Assembly (NCBI GenBank): GCA_001599295.1
Contig: BCGN01000007.1
Span: 384,433 to 448,432 of the forward strand
DNA length: 64,000 nt
DNA from: Sporopachydermia quercuum
Taxonomy: Eukaryota
Direction of reading: 5' to 3'
The notes under the pieces were generated by a model. It ran no database searches and was not told the origin of the DNA. It was given only the letters and a program-made list of their open reading frames with translations. Made by a program: the position numbers and the translations under genes. Every line of letters starts with the position of its first letter. Positions within the stretch are counted from its first letter, which is position 1. Below are positions 24,402 to 34,612 of this stretch, one piece after another.

Positions 24402-26286
24402 TCTGACGATTATATACTATGGAGTTATATAAAGAACTTAGATATCTTGCAACAACTGTAGCAATTGCTGTTACTGTTTATGAGAGTGATAACAGCAAAT
24501 GAAAGTAAGACCGAGACCTCCAGCTGATTAGTTGAATTTCCGAGTAACTAGCGGTGTGGTGTTGTACCAAACAGTTGCAACAGACGATCAAATGACCTCA
24601 CAATTAGTATAAGTTGACTATTAACTGAACAACATAAATCAGCAGCAACTAATTCTTATACAAAGGAACCGTAGAAAAAAAATTGCAGGTCTCTTGATTA
24701 ATAAATTTGTTGTATTTCGACTCTGAGACCAACTGAGTTTGCTCAATAATAGTCCTGACAGTCAGTGGTAACAATAATTGCAAAAACTAAGCAACAAAAA
24801 TACTGCAGCAATAACAATAATTACGTGAATATGCAAAAATAACTGTTCTGGTAAATTTTGCGCTAACAGCACTCACAATAATACCAACTACCACAAACAA
24901 TGATTATCTGAATTGCTCCACAACAAATTGCAGTGTTATGTGGAATGCAAATAGCACAACAGTCGTTTGATAGCAGTGATAGTAGCTAGAAACGCTGTGA
25001 TGATAACCGTGATAAATAAATATATAAATGTAGAAGGCAACAGCCGCAGCAGTCGCAGCAGCAGAGGTGTTTCTGCACTATTCCGATATATGGTCTCCGG
25101 TGACGATAGCAACCAGCTGCTATTAGTCTTGTTAGCGGTAGAAGTAGTAACAGTAACAACTACGAGATTTATGCTATTCAGCTGAATCAGCAGGTTAGGG
25201 AATCAACAAAAGTTATTTCGTGGCACCAAGCTAATTCCATGAGCAATGCGTTCATGTTCAGACAAAATTATGAAAACAAAAATGTCTCCAAAGTAGCAAA
25301 AATACTATCCTAATAGGGTGCCTCGGTTCCAGGTGATGATGAGCTAGCAAAAACGTTCACGTTCACGTTATCCGGAGAACTTCAAGTACAGATTATTGAT
25401 GAATTTCAGTACCAAGTTTACAGAAAAGTCACTGATATTGTTGCAGTGAAAATAACGAATTGATGTTCATCTTATCGTCCTTATCACAGCAAGTCAAAGG
25501 TCAAACAAAAAGAAGGGAGGCGGTTGGTTATATGAAAGATTACGGAGAAGATTGTAAATCAATTGGATATTGCGGAGAAGATAATGCTGAAATCGGGATG
25601 CGGGGGAAATTCAGAAGAACTTAGAAACTACGAGTTAGAAATAAAATATGTTCGGGAATCAGTTAGAGAGCTTTATTTTGCGAGAAAGATTTATCAAAAG
25701 CAGGTCAAGAAGATGTGGCTTTTAGTCGTTTAAGCAAAATATCAAAAAAATGAAAAGCTTAGGGGAGTAAGAAAAACATCTATATAGGAGCGAAAGTAAG
25801 AGAGTTGTACTATGACATAATAGTCTCCGTAATCACCAAATATCGGAGATTACATAGTCTATAACTTCCTAAATCACAAAGTTTCCGAAATAATTACAAT
25901 TATTTCCGAGATAATTCACATGTTTACCGGTATCTCACCCTAACACTCCGTTCCATCAATTGATCAATTAAATTCACCATTTTACATCAAATCTCAGGTA
26001 TAAAGTCATTTCCTAGTAAAGTGGGTTATTCTAAAAGGTCTTGGATAGTTTCGGGTCAGAACCTTTGGNTGATCGTCTCTCATACTCATGTGAAGAAACT
26101 CTGTAGAGAGCCTACGACGAAATCAATCACCTTAGGTGCAATGAGATATCTCTTTAACACAAAACGTCCTACTTCCTCATGTTTTCTCTTCTCATATTAA
26201 TATGCTTTCATCATATTTCCTATAGCTACTATATTCATTAAACTAGCCTCTCTCTCTCCATGTATTTCACACCAGTTTACAACACT

Positions 26287-29200
26287 CTATTCATTATCAG
26301 CAAACTTCCTTAAATCCATTGTAAGAGTCTTGGAACAATTACCATTCTGTTCACGGTAAACACCAACAAGACTTTCACTATTTTCAAACAATCTGTTCTT
26401 CAGCGAAATAACAATAAACTGAAATCCTGGGCCTGCATTATTAACAATGTAATTAGAAACCTTGATCACATTGGCATTGTCCAAAGCGGCATCAACTTCA
26501 TCTAATACAAAGAAAGGACTTGGATGGAAAGAATGGATAGCAAACAATAAAGCCAAAGCTGCAACGGTTTTCTCTCCTCCTGATAACAGCTCCATATCCC
26601 TGAATCTTTTCATTGGTGGCATGGCATGATATTTAACTCCAGCAAGGTATGGCTCATCTTCATCTTCAAGCGTAAGATACGCTGATCCTCCAATAGGTGA
26701 AGCCTTGGATTTCGTCAAATCCTTATAAATCTTGTCAATCTTATTCGCAATATGTTTAAAAGCCACCATGAACTTTTCTGTTCTCTTCTGTTTCAATTCT
26801 TCGAACTCTGACTTGATTTTCTCCTCTTCCCTACGCATTTTGGAGAAATCCTTCTCGGTATCGTGTAACTTGTTCTCCACATCTTGTAAGCGATCAACTG
26901 CTTTCAAATTAGGGGCCATTGAATCCAATTCGTTGTTCAGGTTCGAAATTCGTTCGATCAATTGATTTTCTACTTCGTCTGAGCCATCTGATTTCAAATC
27001 TTCGGTCAGTTGATCATAATCAGGAATAATATTGGATAAGGCCTTTAGGACATCAGCAGTAGTAGTTGTATTTGCTGCTGCTGTTTGCGCAGCTGCCGAA
27101 TTGCTACCATTGGTACCATCAATCAGATCAACAACTAGAGGTATGTCAGTTAAGCTTCCTTGTTTTAAAGGGATTGAAATATTCTCCAACTGACAGTTTT
27201 TTATTGTGTTAATCATAATGCTCTGCTGCTTGCTGATGTCTTCTTGAATACTATTGGCATGCCGTTTCTTTGCTTCAATCTTCTTATGAAGATCATTCAA
27301 AGCCTCTTGGGCATTAGACACCAAATCGACTTGAGTTTCTAGTTTTTTGTTCTGTTCTTCATATTCTTGCTTTAATTCGTCCAATTCAATCTTCATTTTC
27401 TCAGTACCACTATCGATCAATTCGTATTCTTCTTTCAATTGTTGNAATGATCTTTCATCCTTTTCGATTATACTATTCATTTTGCTCAAGCGATTCATAG
27501 TGTCTCTCAATCTTTCATTCTCCAGATTCAACTGATTGTCTAGTTTTGATTTCTGAATATTGAAGTTCATTCTTTCACTTGCAAAGTCACGTTGCAGTTT
27601 GCCAAATGACGATTCATATTCTTTTATTGACGGCAAACCAATTGCTTCACAGAACGGCTGAAAGATTTGGTCTTCAATAGTATTCAATTCAAGACTAACA
27701 GTGTTTAATTCTACTTGAATAGAATGAAGATTGTTTTTAGCTGTTTTCGTCTCTTCTTTCAGAGATTTCTTCTTCTCATTATTAATATAATCCACTTCTC
27801 TCTTCATATCATCAATTCTACTGCTGATACTGGAAATCTCATCACGTAAATATGGTAAATTTGACTCTATGCCGGCAATCTCTTCAACAATCTTTCTTTC
27901 TTCAATATCATTGGCTTTCTCATTATGTATTTCCTTCAATTTAGCTAAAAGCTCATCTTTCAGCTTGTTTAAACCAATAGAAATGTTCTTTTCCCATCGG
28001 TGAGCATTATTACTATTCCTTGAAGTACCACCAGTCATAAGACCTGCTTTATGAATAATACTACCGTCAAGAGTAACAGCTTTAACGTCAACTCTCTTCT
28101 CCCATCTGATATATTTGGCAACTTTGATGCTATCACATACAATTGAATTACCGCATGCATACATTATTGCCTTTTCATTTGATATGTCATAGTCAACGAT
28201 ATCAACTATAGGTTTTGCCTGTAAATGTAGATTTCTCAGTGAGTTGTTGATTGGTGATACTCTCACATTTTCTAAAGGTATAAACGTGGCAATACCAGCT
28301 CTTTGTTCTTTCAAGTAGTTAATACACTTCTGAGCAGTAGATACTGAATCAACAACAATGGCATCAAAGTTTTTACCCAATATCACCGACAGTGCTATTT
28401 CGTATTTCTTCATCTTTGCTCTACATAAGTCATGAATCAAACCTTTCACTCCAGGAAAAAGTCTTTTCAAGCTGATCACGTTTTCTCGTAGCTTCCGTTC
28501 TCGTTCGGTTTCTCTTTCCGATGCTGAAATATCCAGCAGTTGATTGAGGGTTTCGGTCAAACGTTCGTTGATTTCGATTTCTTTAATTGAAAGCTTTTCG
28601 TTCTTTTGCCGTATGCTATTATGGTGTTGCTTCAAATCGGCCAATCTGGCTAGTTCATGGTTCAAATTACTTTGGAACGTTTCCTTGGATTTTGATAATG
28701 TTTCTATGTTGGTGGTTAGCTCTGCTTCCCTTTCCTTTTCATGGATCAACGAGTTTTCAATATATGCAAGTTTATCCTTTGCTGCTTTCTCGTTCTTGGT
28801 TAAACTGTTCACCTGAGACTTCAAATATGACGCCTGAGTATTGAATTCTGCTTTCAAATCATTATATTGCTGTAAATGTTCGTCCGTTAGGTTGAATTCA
28901 CCTATGCTGTTTAATTTTTCCTTCACAGAGGCCTCAAATTCTTTGATTGCCTTTTCAACGTGGTTCAGTTGCTTTTTGAATGACTGAATAGCGAAATTCT
29001 GTTTATTCTCGTCTTTTAGAAGCACATCTAATTTGGATTTATTCTGATTGATCATTTTACTTGTCATATCTATTTTTGCTTTCACTGGTAACACAGAGTT
29101 CTTTTTATCAGCAATAACTCGTTCTCGTTTCTTAATTGATCGTGAAAGCTTCTGAGCTTTCAGTGCTTGTTCGGAATAATTTGATTGCATAGAATTAAAT

Positions 29201-30033
29201 AAATGTTGCTCTTTTCTTGAAGTTTTGTTCATTTTCTTTACTTCGCTTACTTCATTGTTTAATGCACTCTCTAAAGCTATCAGTTTCTCATTACAGTGAT
29301 ACAGCTTCCATAAAATATGTTGTTCTATTTGCTCGTTTCTTTCTCCTAGTTTCTTCTCAAAGTTCTCCACTTCTAGTTTCTGCTCTTTATACTGTCTCAA
29401 TTCGGTTCCGTAGCTTCTTTTCTTACTGAATGCAAATGTGGTCGCTTCATGAGCTTTCTCTTGTTGGTCTTTAAGCAAATCGTATTGTTTCTTGAATTCA
29501 ACAGACCCTGAGATTTGTTCGATCAGGTTGGTCAAATCCGTTGGAGATTGCGCAGCAATGGCCTCAACGTCACCTTGGAAAACCAAGAAATTCCTTGCTT
29601 TTATTAAAATATTCTCAAGTTTGAGGATATGTGCATATTCATTAGCCGACACTGGTTTGCCGTTGATTCTGTATTCTGTCGATCCTGAGTTTGAAATAGA
29701 CCTTTTCAGGACTAAAATATCACCGTTTGATTTCTCGTAAGTAGCGGAAACATATGCTTCAGTTGGATCTTCTGTATTTTTAGCACCATCAGTATCAGCC
29801 GATTGATCATCGTTTGATGAAACTCTGCCTCTATAGATAAGATCTTTCATATGAGCGCTTCGCAGATGAGAACTTCTTACTCCTAAGACGAACGATATGG
29901 CGTCCATCATATTTGATTTCCCTGCACCATTTGGGCCAATAATTGACGTAAAATAGGTATCGCCTAGTGATATAGTACAGGTTCCTCTGTAGGATTTGAA
30001 GTTGTGTAGTTCAATGCCAGTTAAGCGACCCAT
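26287..30033 (-). CDS. SMC1: Cohesin subunit Smc1
   Basis: Walker A GPNGAGKSN, ARNFLVFQGDVE, a hinge region, PPMKRFRDMELLSGGEK and Walker B FFVLDEVDAALD. Confidence 0.97.
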   Translation of the reverse strand: MGRLTGIELHNFKSYRGTCTISLGDTYFTSIIGPNGAGKSNMMDAISFVLGVRSSHLRSAHMKDLIYRGRVSSNDDQSADTDGAKNTEDPTEAYVSATYEKSNGDILVLKRSISNSGSTEYRINGKPVSANEYAHILKLENILIKARNFLVFQGDVEAIAAQSPTDLTNLIEQISGSVEFKKQYDLLKDQQEKAHEATTFAFSKKRSYGTELRQYKEQKLEVENFEKKLGERNEQIEQHILWKLYHCNEKLIALESALNNEVSEVKKMNKTSRKEQHLFNSMQSNYSEQALKAQKLSRSIKKRERVIADKKNSVLPVKAKIDMTSKMINQNKSKLDVLLKDENKQNFAIQSFKKQLNHVEKAIKEFEASVKEKLNSIGEFNLTDEHLQQYNDLKAEFNTQASYLKSQVNSLTKNEKAAKDKLAYIENSLIHEKEREAELTTNIETLSKSKETFQSNLNHELARLADLKQHHNSIRQKNEKLSIKEIEINERLTETLNQLLDISASERETERERKLRENVISLKRLFPGVKGLIHDLCRAKMKKYEIALSVILGKNFDAIVVDSVSTAQKCINYLKEQRAGIATFIPLENVRVSPINNSLRNLHLQAKPIVDIVDYDISNEKAIMYACGNSIVCDSIKVAKYIRWEKRVDVKAVTLDGSIIHKAGLMTGGTSRNSNNAHRWEKNISIGLNKLKDELLAKLKEIHNEKANDIEERKIVEEIAGIESNLPYLRDEISSISSRIDDMKREVDYINNEKKKSLKEETKTAKNNLHSIQVELNTVSLELNTIEDQIFQPFCEAIGLPSIKEYESSFGKLQRDFASERMNFNIQKSKLDNQLNLENERLRDTMNRLSKMNSIIEKDERSXQQLKEEYELIDSGTEKMKIELDELKQEYEEQNKKLETQVDLVSNAQEALNDLHKKIEAKKRHANSIQEDISKQQSIMINTIKNCQLENISIPLKQGSLTDIPLVVDLIDGTNGSNSAAAQTAAANTTTTADVLKALSNIIPDYDQLTEDLKSDGSDEVENQLIERISNLNNELDSMAPNLKAVDRLQDVENKLHDTEKDFSKMRREEEKIKSEFEELKQKRTEKFMVAFKHIANKIDKIYKDLTKSKASPIGGSAYLTLEDEDEPYLAGVKYHAMPPMKRFRDMELLSGGEKTVAALALLFAIHSFHPSPFFVLDEVDAALDNANVIKVSNYIVNNAGPGFQFIVISLKNRLFENSESLVGVYREQNGNCSKTLTMDLRKFADNE

Positions 30034-30063
30034 TGTTGAGTTGTGTACTAAATTAATAACGAG

Positions 30064-30152
30064 ACGCGTATTATTGCTTGAATATAACGATTTAGTAATA
30101 TCTTAGTGGAGAAAATGCGTAAAACAGTGGCTTGAGACTAGAAATAACGCGT
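30064..30152. promoter_or_regulatory. Two MCB (ACGCGT) cell-cycle boxes upstream of SMC1
   Basis: ACGCGT at 30064-30069 and 30147-30152. Cohesin genes are established MBF targets in yeasts. Confidence 0.6.
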
Positions 30153-31239
30153 CAAATGAGCTATGGTAGCTGAATATTTACCAGCTAATAGACAATGGCT
30201 AACTAGCTTTATAAGCGAAACGAACAATGAAACAGGCGCGAGGGCAGATGATTTGTCGTTTATTATCAAGTTGCAATTGCGAGTTTACCAAAACTCTCTT
30301 TCACCTAATTCGTGGTATTTCAATCACTGATAAAGCAGATAATCATAATAATGGAAAATCTCGCTTAGGATGATCAGGCTCGCCAGCAGGACGTGTTACG
30401 TTTGTGTTTGTATAACGGGACTGAATTTGAATTTTTGCAGGAGATTTTCGTGTTTGTATGTTGTAAGTGAGGAAAGAACAAAAGGGGGCACACAGAAGAT
30501 GACTAGGGATCTGGAAGAAGCTGATAAGGAAACACAGGGGGTGTTCACAAGCTTGATGCACCGAACAAGGGAGTGCTTCTAGTAAGTATGCATAGAATAA
30601 TTNACAGAGAAGTATGAATTCAACTGCTTGCTTTATTTTGTTAAGGCGAAAATATTCTACTCATCCTTAGCAAATCCTAGACCAAAGTAGAATACCATAA
30701 TGCCCTCACACTGATCTTCAGATAACCCCGCCACAGTTGCTAGCAATGATGGCCCTATGACCTTTATACCTTATCTTCTTGCTACATATTTCTACATTTC
30801 CACCTTAATACTCCGACAAAAGCTTTCAAATTGTCACTCTTGTCTATTTCCGCGTTGTATGTTCTCACCTTCTCCCGCTTTTCTTACAATTTAGTCTCAT
30901 TTTCCTGAAAATCAACCTTAACTTCTTCCTAAAACAAGTCTCTCATATACCCCCAGACCTGACAGCTTATCTATCTTGTGAACAACCCTACAACTCACAC
31001 ACAAACCCGATAACCAGGGTGGTAATTTGTGGTTTCGAAGCATCCGCCTGTTTGGCATCCGCATCCGTTCCAGTGTTTGTCAATGTTTATTTGATTATTG
31101 CTATTAATCATCCTTCATTAATAGAAATTACTAAACAGTTAGATAGACACTCTGATAATTTACTGTGATACTGGGCAAGTTGAATCTCGTGACTAGTACG
31201 AAGAAACGTAGAGTTACTGTCTATTGCATAGATAACTCA

Positions 31240-33423
31240 ATGGCTGGCATGGAAGCTAGCGTTGAATCTGGCGTGGGAGAAGGAAACGGAAAGAAAGACC
31301 GAAATGCATCTAATGGAGATTTTTCCACAGCCGATATGGTTTCCAGTTTGGATTCTGTCTCGGAAGACACAAGCGCCCGTCTTTTGAACCTTCGGAAGGA
31401 AATGGTACGCCATGGCATATGCGTATATATCATCCCATCGGAAGACGAACACCAAAGCGAATACACATCTCCTGCCGATCAACGTCGAGCTTTCATTTCT
31501 GGCTTTACTGGTTCAGCAGGAATAGCGATCGTGACTATTTCCCACAATCCAGATGATGCTGCTCTTGCAGGTAATGCCGCATTATCGACCGATGGGCGCT
31601 ATTTCCTACAAGCTAAATCTCAACTAGACAAAAACTGGAGACTTTTGAAACAAGGCGCTAAAAACGAACCAACATGGCAAGATTACAGCATTGCTTCTGC
31701 TATGAAATATAACAAGGATTCACATGCTATAGGAAGAATAGGCGTTGATCCTCGACTGATCTCTAACTCGTTAGCTACAGATTTCAAAGAGATTATCCGC
31801 AACTCGCTTTCCAACAAGTATCAACCGCCAATTGAAATAGAGCTTGTCCCAGTGGTGGAAAATCTAGTTGATATTGTATGGAAAAATTTTGGCGGTCAAC
31901 CTGAAAGGCCCCATGATACAATCACTATACATCCTCTGAAATACACTGGAATGAGATTTACCAGTAAGATCCTAAGGCTTAGGTGCGAAATGAAGAAAAT
32001 AAACGCTCATGCTTTTATAGTATCTGCTTTAGACGAAATAGCATGGATTTTAAATCTGAGAGGAAACGATATCCCATACAATCCAGTTTTTTTCGCTTAT
32101 TTGATAGTGCTGAAGACTCGTGCTGTGTTGTATATACAAGAAGAGAAGCTTAGTGAGGAAGTGAAAGACCATTTGATGGAACTTGATGGACTAAAGGTAA
32201 AGAAATATAGCGATATCTGGCTTGATTTGAAGTCTTTAAAGCTTGATGTTGAAAGCGAAAGGTTTCAATTGAGTAAGAATACTAAAGAGATCTCTTATGG
32301 AACTCCGCCTTATCTAGCACCTATCAATCTCATGCACGAGGAAACGATATCAAATTCGGGCAAAAATTCAGCATCCACTAGCACTGGAGGTTCTGATTCC
32401 GACAAAACATCAATTCCAGATCCTATTATTGCTATGGGATTGACTGCATCCTGGGCTCTAGTTGACTCCATAGGAGAAAGACTAGTTAAGCTAATACCAT
32501 CACCAGTGGAGATCGCCAAAGGTGTTAAAAACGAAACGGAACTTGCAGGGCATAAAGCTGCTCAAATCAAGGACGGAGTGGCTCTCGTAAGATACTGGGC
32601 ATGGCTGGAGTCTGAATTGATCAAAGGCACTCAAATCAACGAATACGATGCGGCGTTGAAATCGCTGGAGTTCCGAAAACAATTGCCAAACTTCATGGGC
32701 CTTTCGTTTGAAACTATCTCGTCTACTGGCGGAAATGCCTCTATTATTCACTATGCACCACCCAAGGAAAACTCTGCTGTGATTGATATAAATGCTGTTT
32801 ATTTGAACGATACAGGAGCCCAATTTCTAGAAGGCACAACAGATACTACACGGACGTTTCATTTTGGCAACCCGAAACCTGAAGAGAAGAATGCTTACAC
32901 ACTTGTATTAAAAGGCCACATCGCTATAGCTAGAACTGTGTTCCCTGACGGAAGCAATGGGTACATGCTTGATACACTGGCGCGGCAGTTTCTATGGCAG
33001 CAAGGACTGGACTATCGGCACGGAACCGGACACGGAGTCGGATCCTATTTGAACGTTCATGAGGGTCCTTTCGGAATAGGATTCCGAGCTAGCTACCGAG
33101 ATATCCCGTTCAGAATCGGTAATATATGTTCTAATGAACCAGGATACTACGAAGACGGCAAATTTGGTATACGGATAGAAAGTATTGTAGCCGTCAAGGA
33201 AATAGATACTAGGTATAAGTTTGGAGATAAGAAGTATCTTGGTTTTGAAACAGTGACAATGGTTCCGTTATGTTTGAAGTTGATTAATAAAGAAATGCTT
33301 AACAAAGAGGAGATTGAATGGGTGAACGAATATCATAGCAAAGTGTATAAAACGTTATTTTCTTACTTGAGGTCTGATGAATATGCGTTGGTTTGGTTGA
33401 AGGAGAATACGAGAGGGTTATGA
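31240..33423 (+). CDS. FRA1: Xaa-Pro aminopeptidase P-like protein (M24 family), Fra1
   Basis: DEHQSEY, ISGFTGSAG, STDGRY, GTTDTTRT, HGTGHGVGSYLNVHEGP and SNEPGYY. The first ATG is at 31240; the ORF-track start is a GTG. Confidence 0.9.
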   Translation: MAGMEASVESGVGEGNGKKDRNASNGDFSTADMVSSLDSVSEDTSARLLNLRKEMVRHGICVYIIPSEDEHQSEYTSPADQRRAFISGFTGSAGIAIVTISHNPDDAALAGNAALSTDGRYFLQAKSQLDKNWRLLKQGAKNEPTWQDYSIASAMKYNKDSHAIGRIGVDPRLISNSLATDFKEIIRNSLSNKYQPPIEIELVPVVENLVDIVWKNFGGQPERPHDTITIHPLKYTGMRFTSKILRLRCEMKKINAHAFIVSALDEIAWILNLRGNDIPYNPVFFAYLIVLKTRAVLYIQEEKLSEEVKDHLMELDGLKVKKYSDIWLDLKSLKLDVESERFQLSKNTKEISYGTPPYLAPINLMHEETISNSGKNSASTSTGGSDSDKTSIPDPIIAMGLTASWALVDSIGERLVKLIPSPVEIAKGVKNETELAGHKAAQIKDGVALVRYWAWLESELIKGTQINEYDAALKSLEFRKQLPNFMGLSFETISSTGGNASIIHYAPPKENSAVIDINAVYLNDTGAQFLEGTTDTTRTFHFGNPKPEEKNAYTLVLKGHIAIARTVFPDGSNGYMLDTLARQFLWQQGLDYRHGTGHGVGSYLNVHEGPFGIGFRASYRDIPFRIGNICSNEPGYYEDGKFGIRIESIVAVKEIDTRYKFGDKKYLGFETVTMVPLCLKLINKEMLNKEEIEWVNEYHSKVYKTLFSYLRSDEYALVWLKENTRGL

Positions 33424-34612
33424 GGTAGTTGAGCTTTGAACAGTGACTTTATCATGGTGAGATAGTTAGAAGGTGTTTATATTGGTCCAATGACATATAC
33501 AATCTTCAGGACCTAGCGCAAGATTTATGAGGTTGAAGTTTACTGTAGAAAGCTGGCTGTAATAGCCACTAAGAAGCAACGATCCTTTGAGAGTGGATCT
33601 AACAATGCCAGCGAGTGTCTTAGGACTGGAAGTGCGGACATATATGATATCGCATGGTAACACTGCTGAGCACTGATATCACATAGGACATTAGGACGGC
33701 TGTGTATGATAATATAATGATACAGCAANGCGTTTATTAGCTAAACGCGTATGTTGAAATAAATGCATTCCAATGGAAAGGTTGCCACTGCTGAACAATA
33801 GTAATAATCATGGTAAAAATAGTAGAAATAACAGCAAGTATACTTGATCCTTTATGTTAGTTATCTGCAAGGAAATATACTATTTTCAAATGAATGCAAA
33901 TAAGTACAAACTCTAAACTACTACCAACAATACAAACAAATCAAGATTGTACTTAACAATTGAAAGATCAAGTGTATTTTCATCAACACGTCCAATTTCA
34001 CTCACAATTTCACTTCGTGGACCAGTGAATGTCATAAGCTATATAATACTTTAATGAATGTAATTAGAATCAAAGGAGGATGCATTCTTGTCAAATGCTT
34101 TAGAAAACTTACTATAATAATTATGTCGCTCATGGCAACACAAGATAATAGTATCAAACTCATGATTTATTCGTTGAACGTCTTTACTTTACTCTATTGA
34201 GTAGCATTGTCTTTACAGTGAATAGTAGTATTACCACACTACTTTTGTTCATTCTTCCTTCTGGCTTCTACTCTTCTCCCATGAATAATGATATACCCTT
34301 TCACTAGCCGTAGATAATAATATAACGAGTTCTTTTCTTTTATTNAAAACCTATACTATAACTATATAGCAATAGACTAATAAATACCAATATAAATACC
34401 AATATAACAGATATCTTCATAAGGCACATTCAATCATATTAATCATTTACTTATCTTTTGCTTGCTGACTAGCTGTTACTGGTTATNAATAGCTACTTTT
34501 ATGCTTCTACTATGCTTACTGTTATGTTATTATTATACTGAGTAATATGCAAGAAGCTAGTCGTTTGAAAATGATTAATCATTCCTTCTAGTTCATTTTC
34601 TACCTGCTGAAC

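Noticed and set aside
31165..31239. N-terminal extension or upstream coding exon of FRA1
   Set aside because: Non-ATG start and an in-frame TAA at 31156, so the possible donor near 30582 could only make a UTR intron; the branch point is poor.
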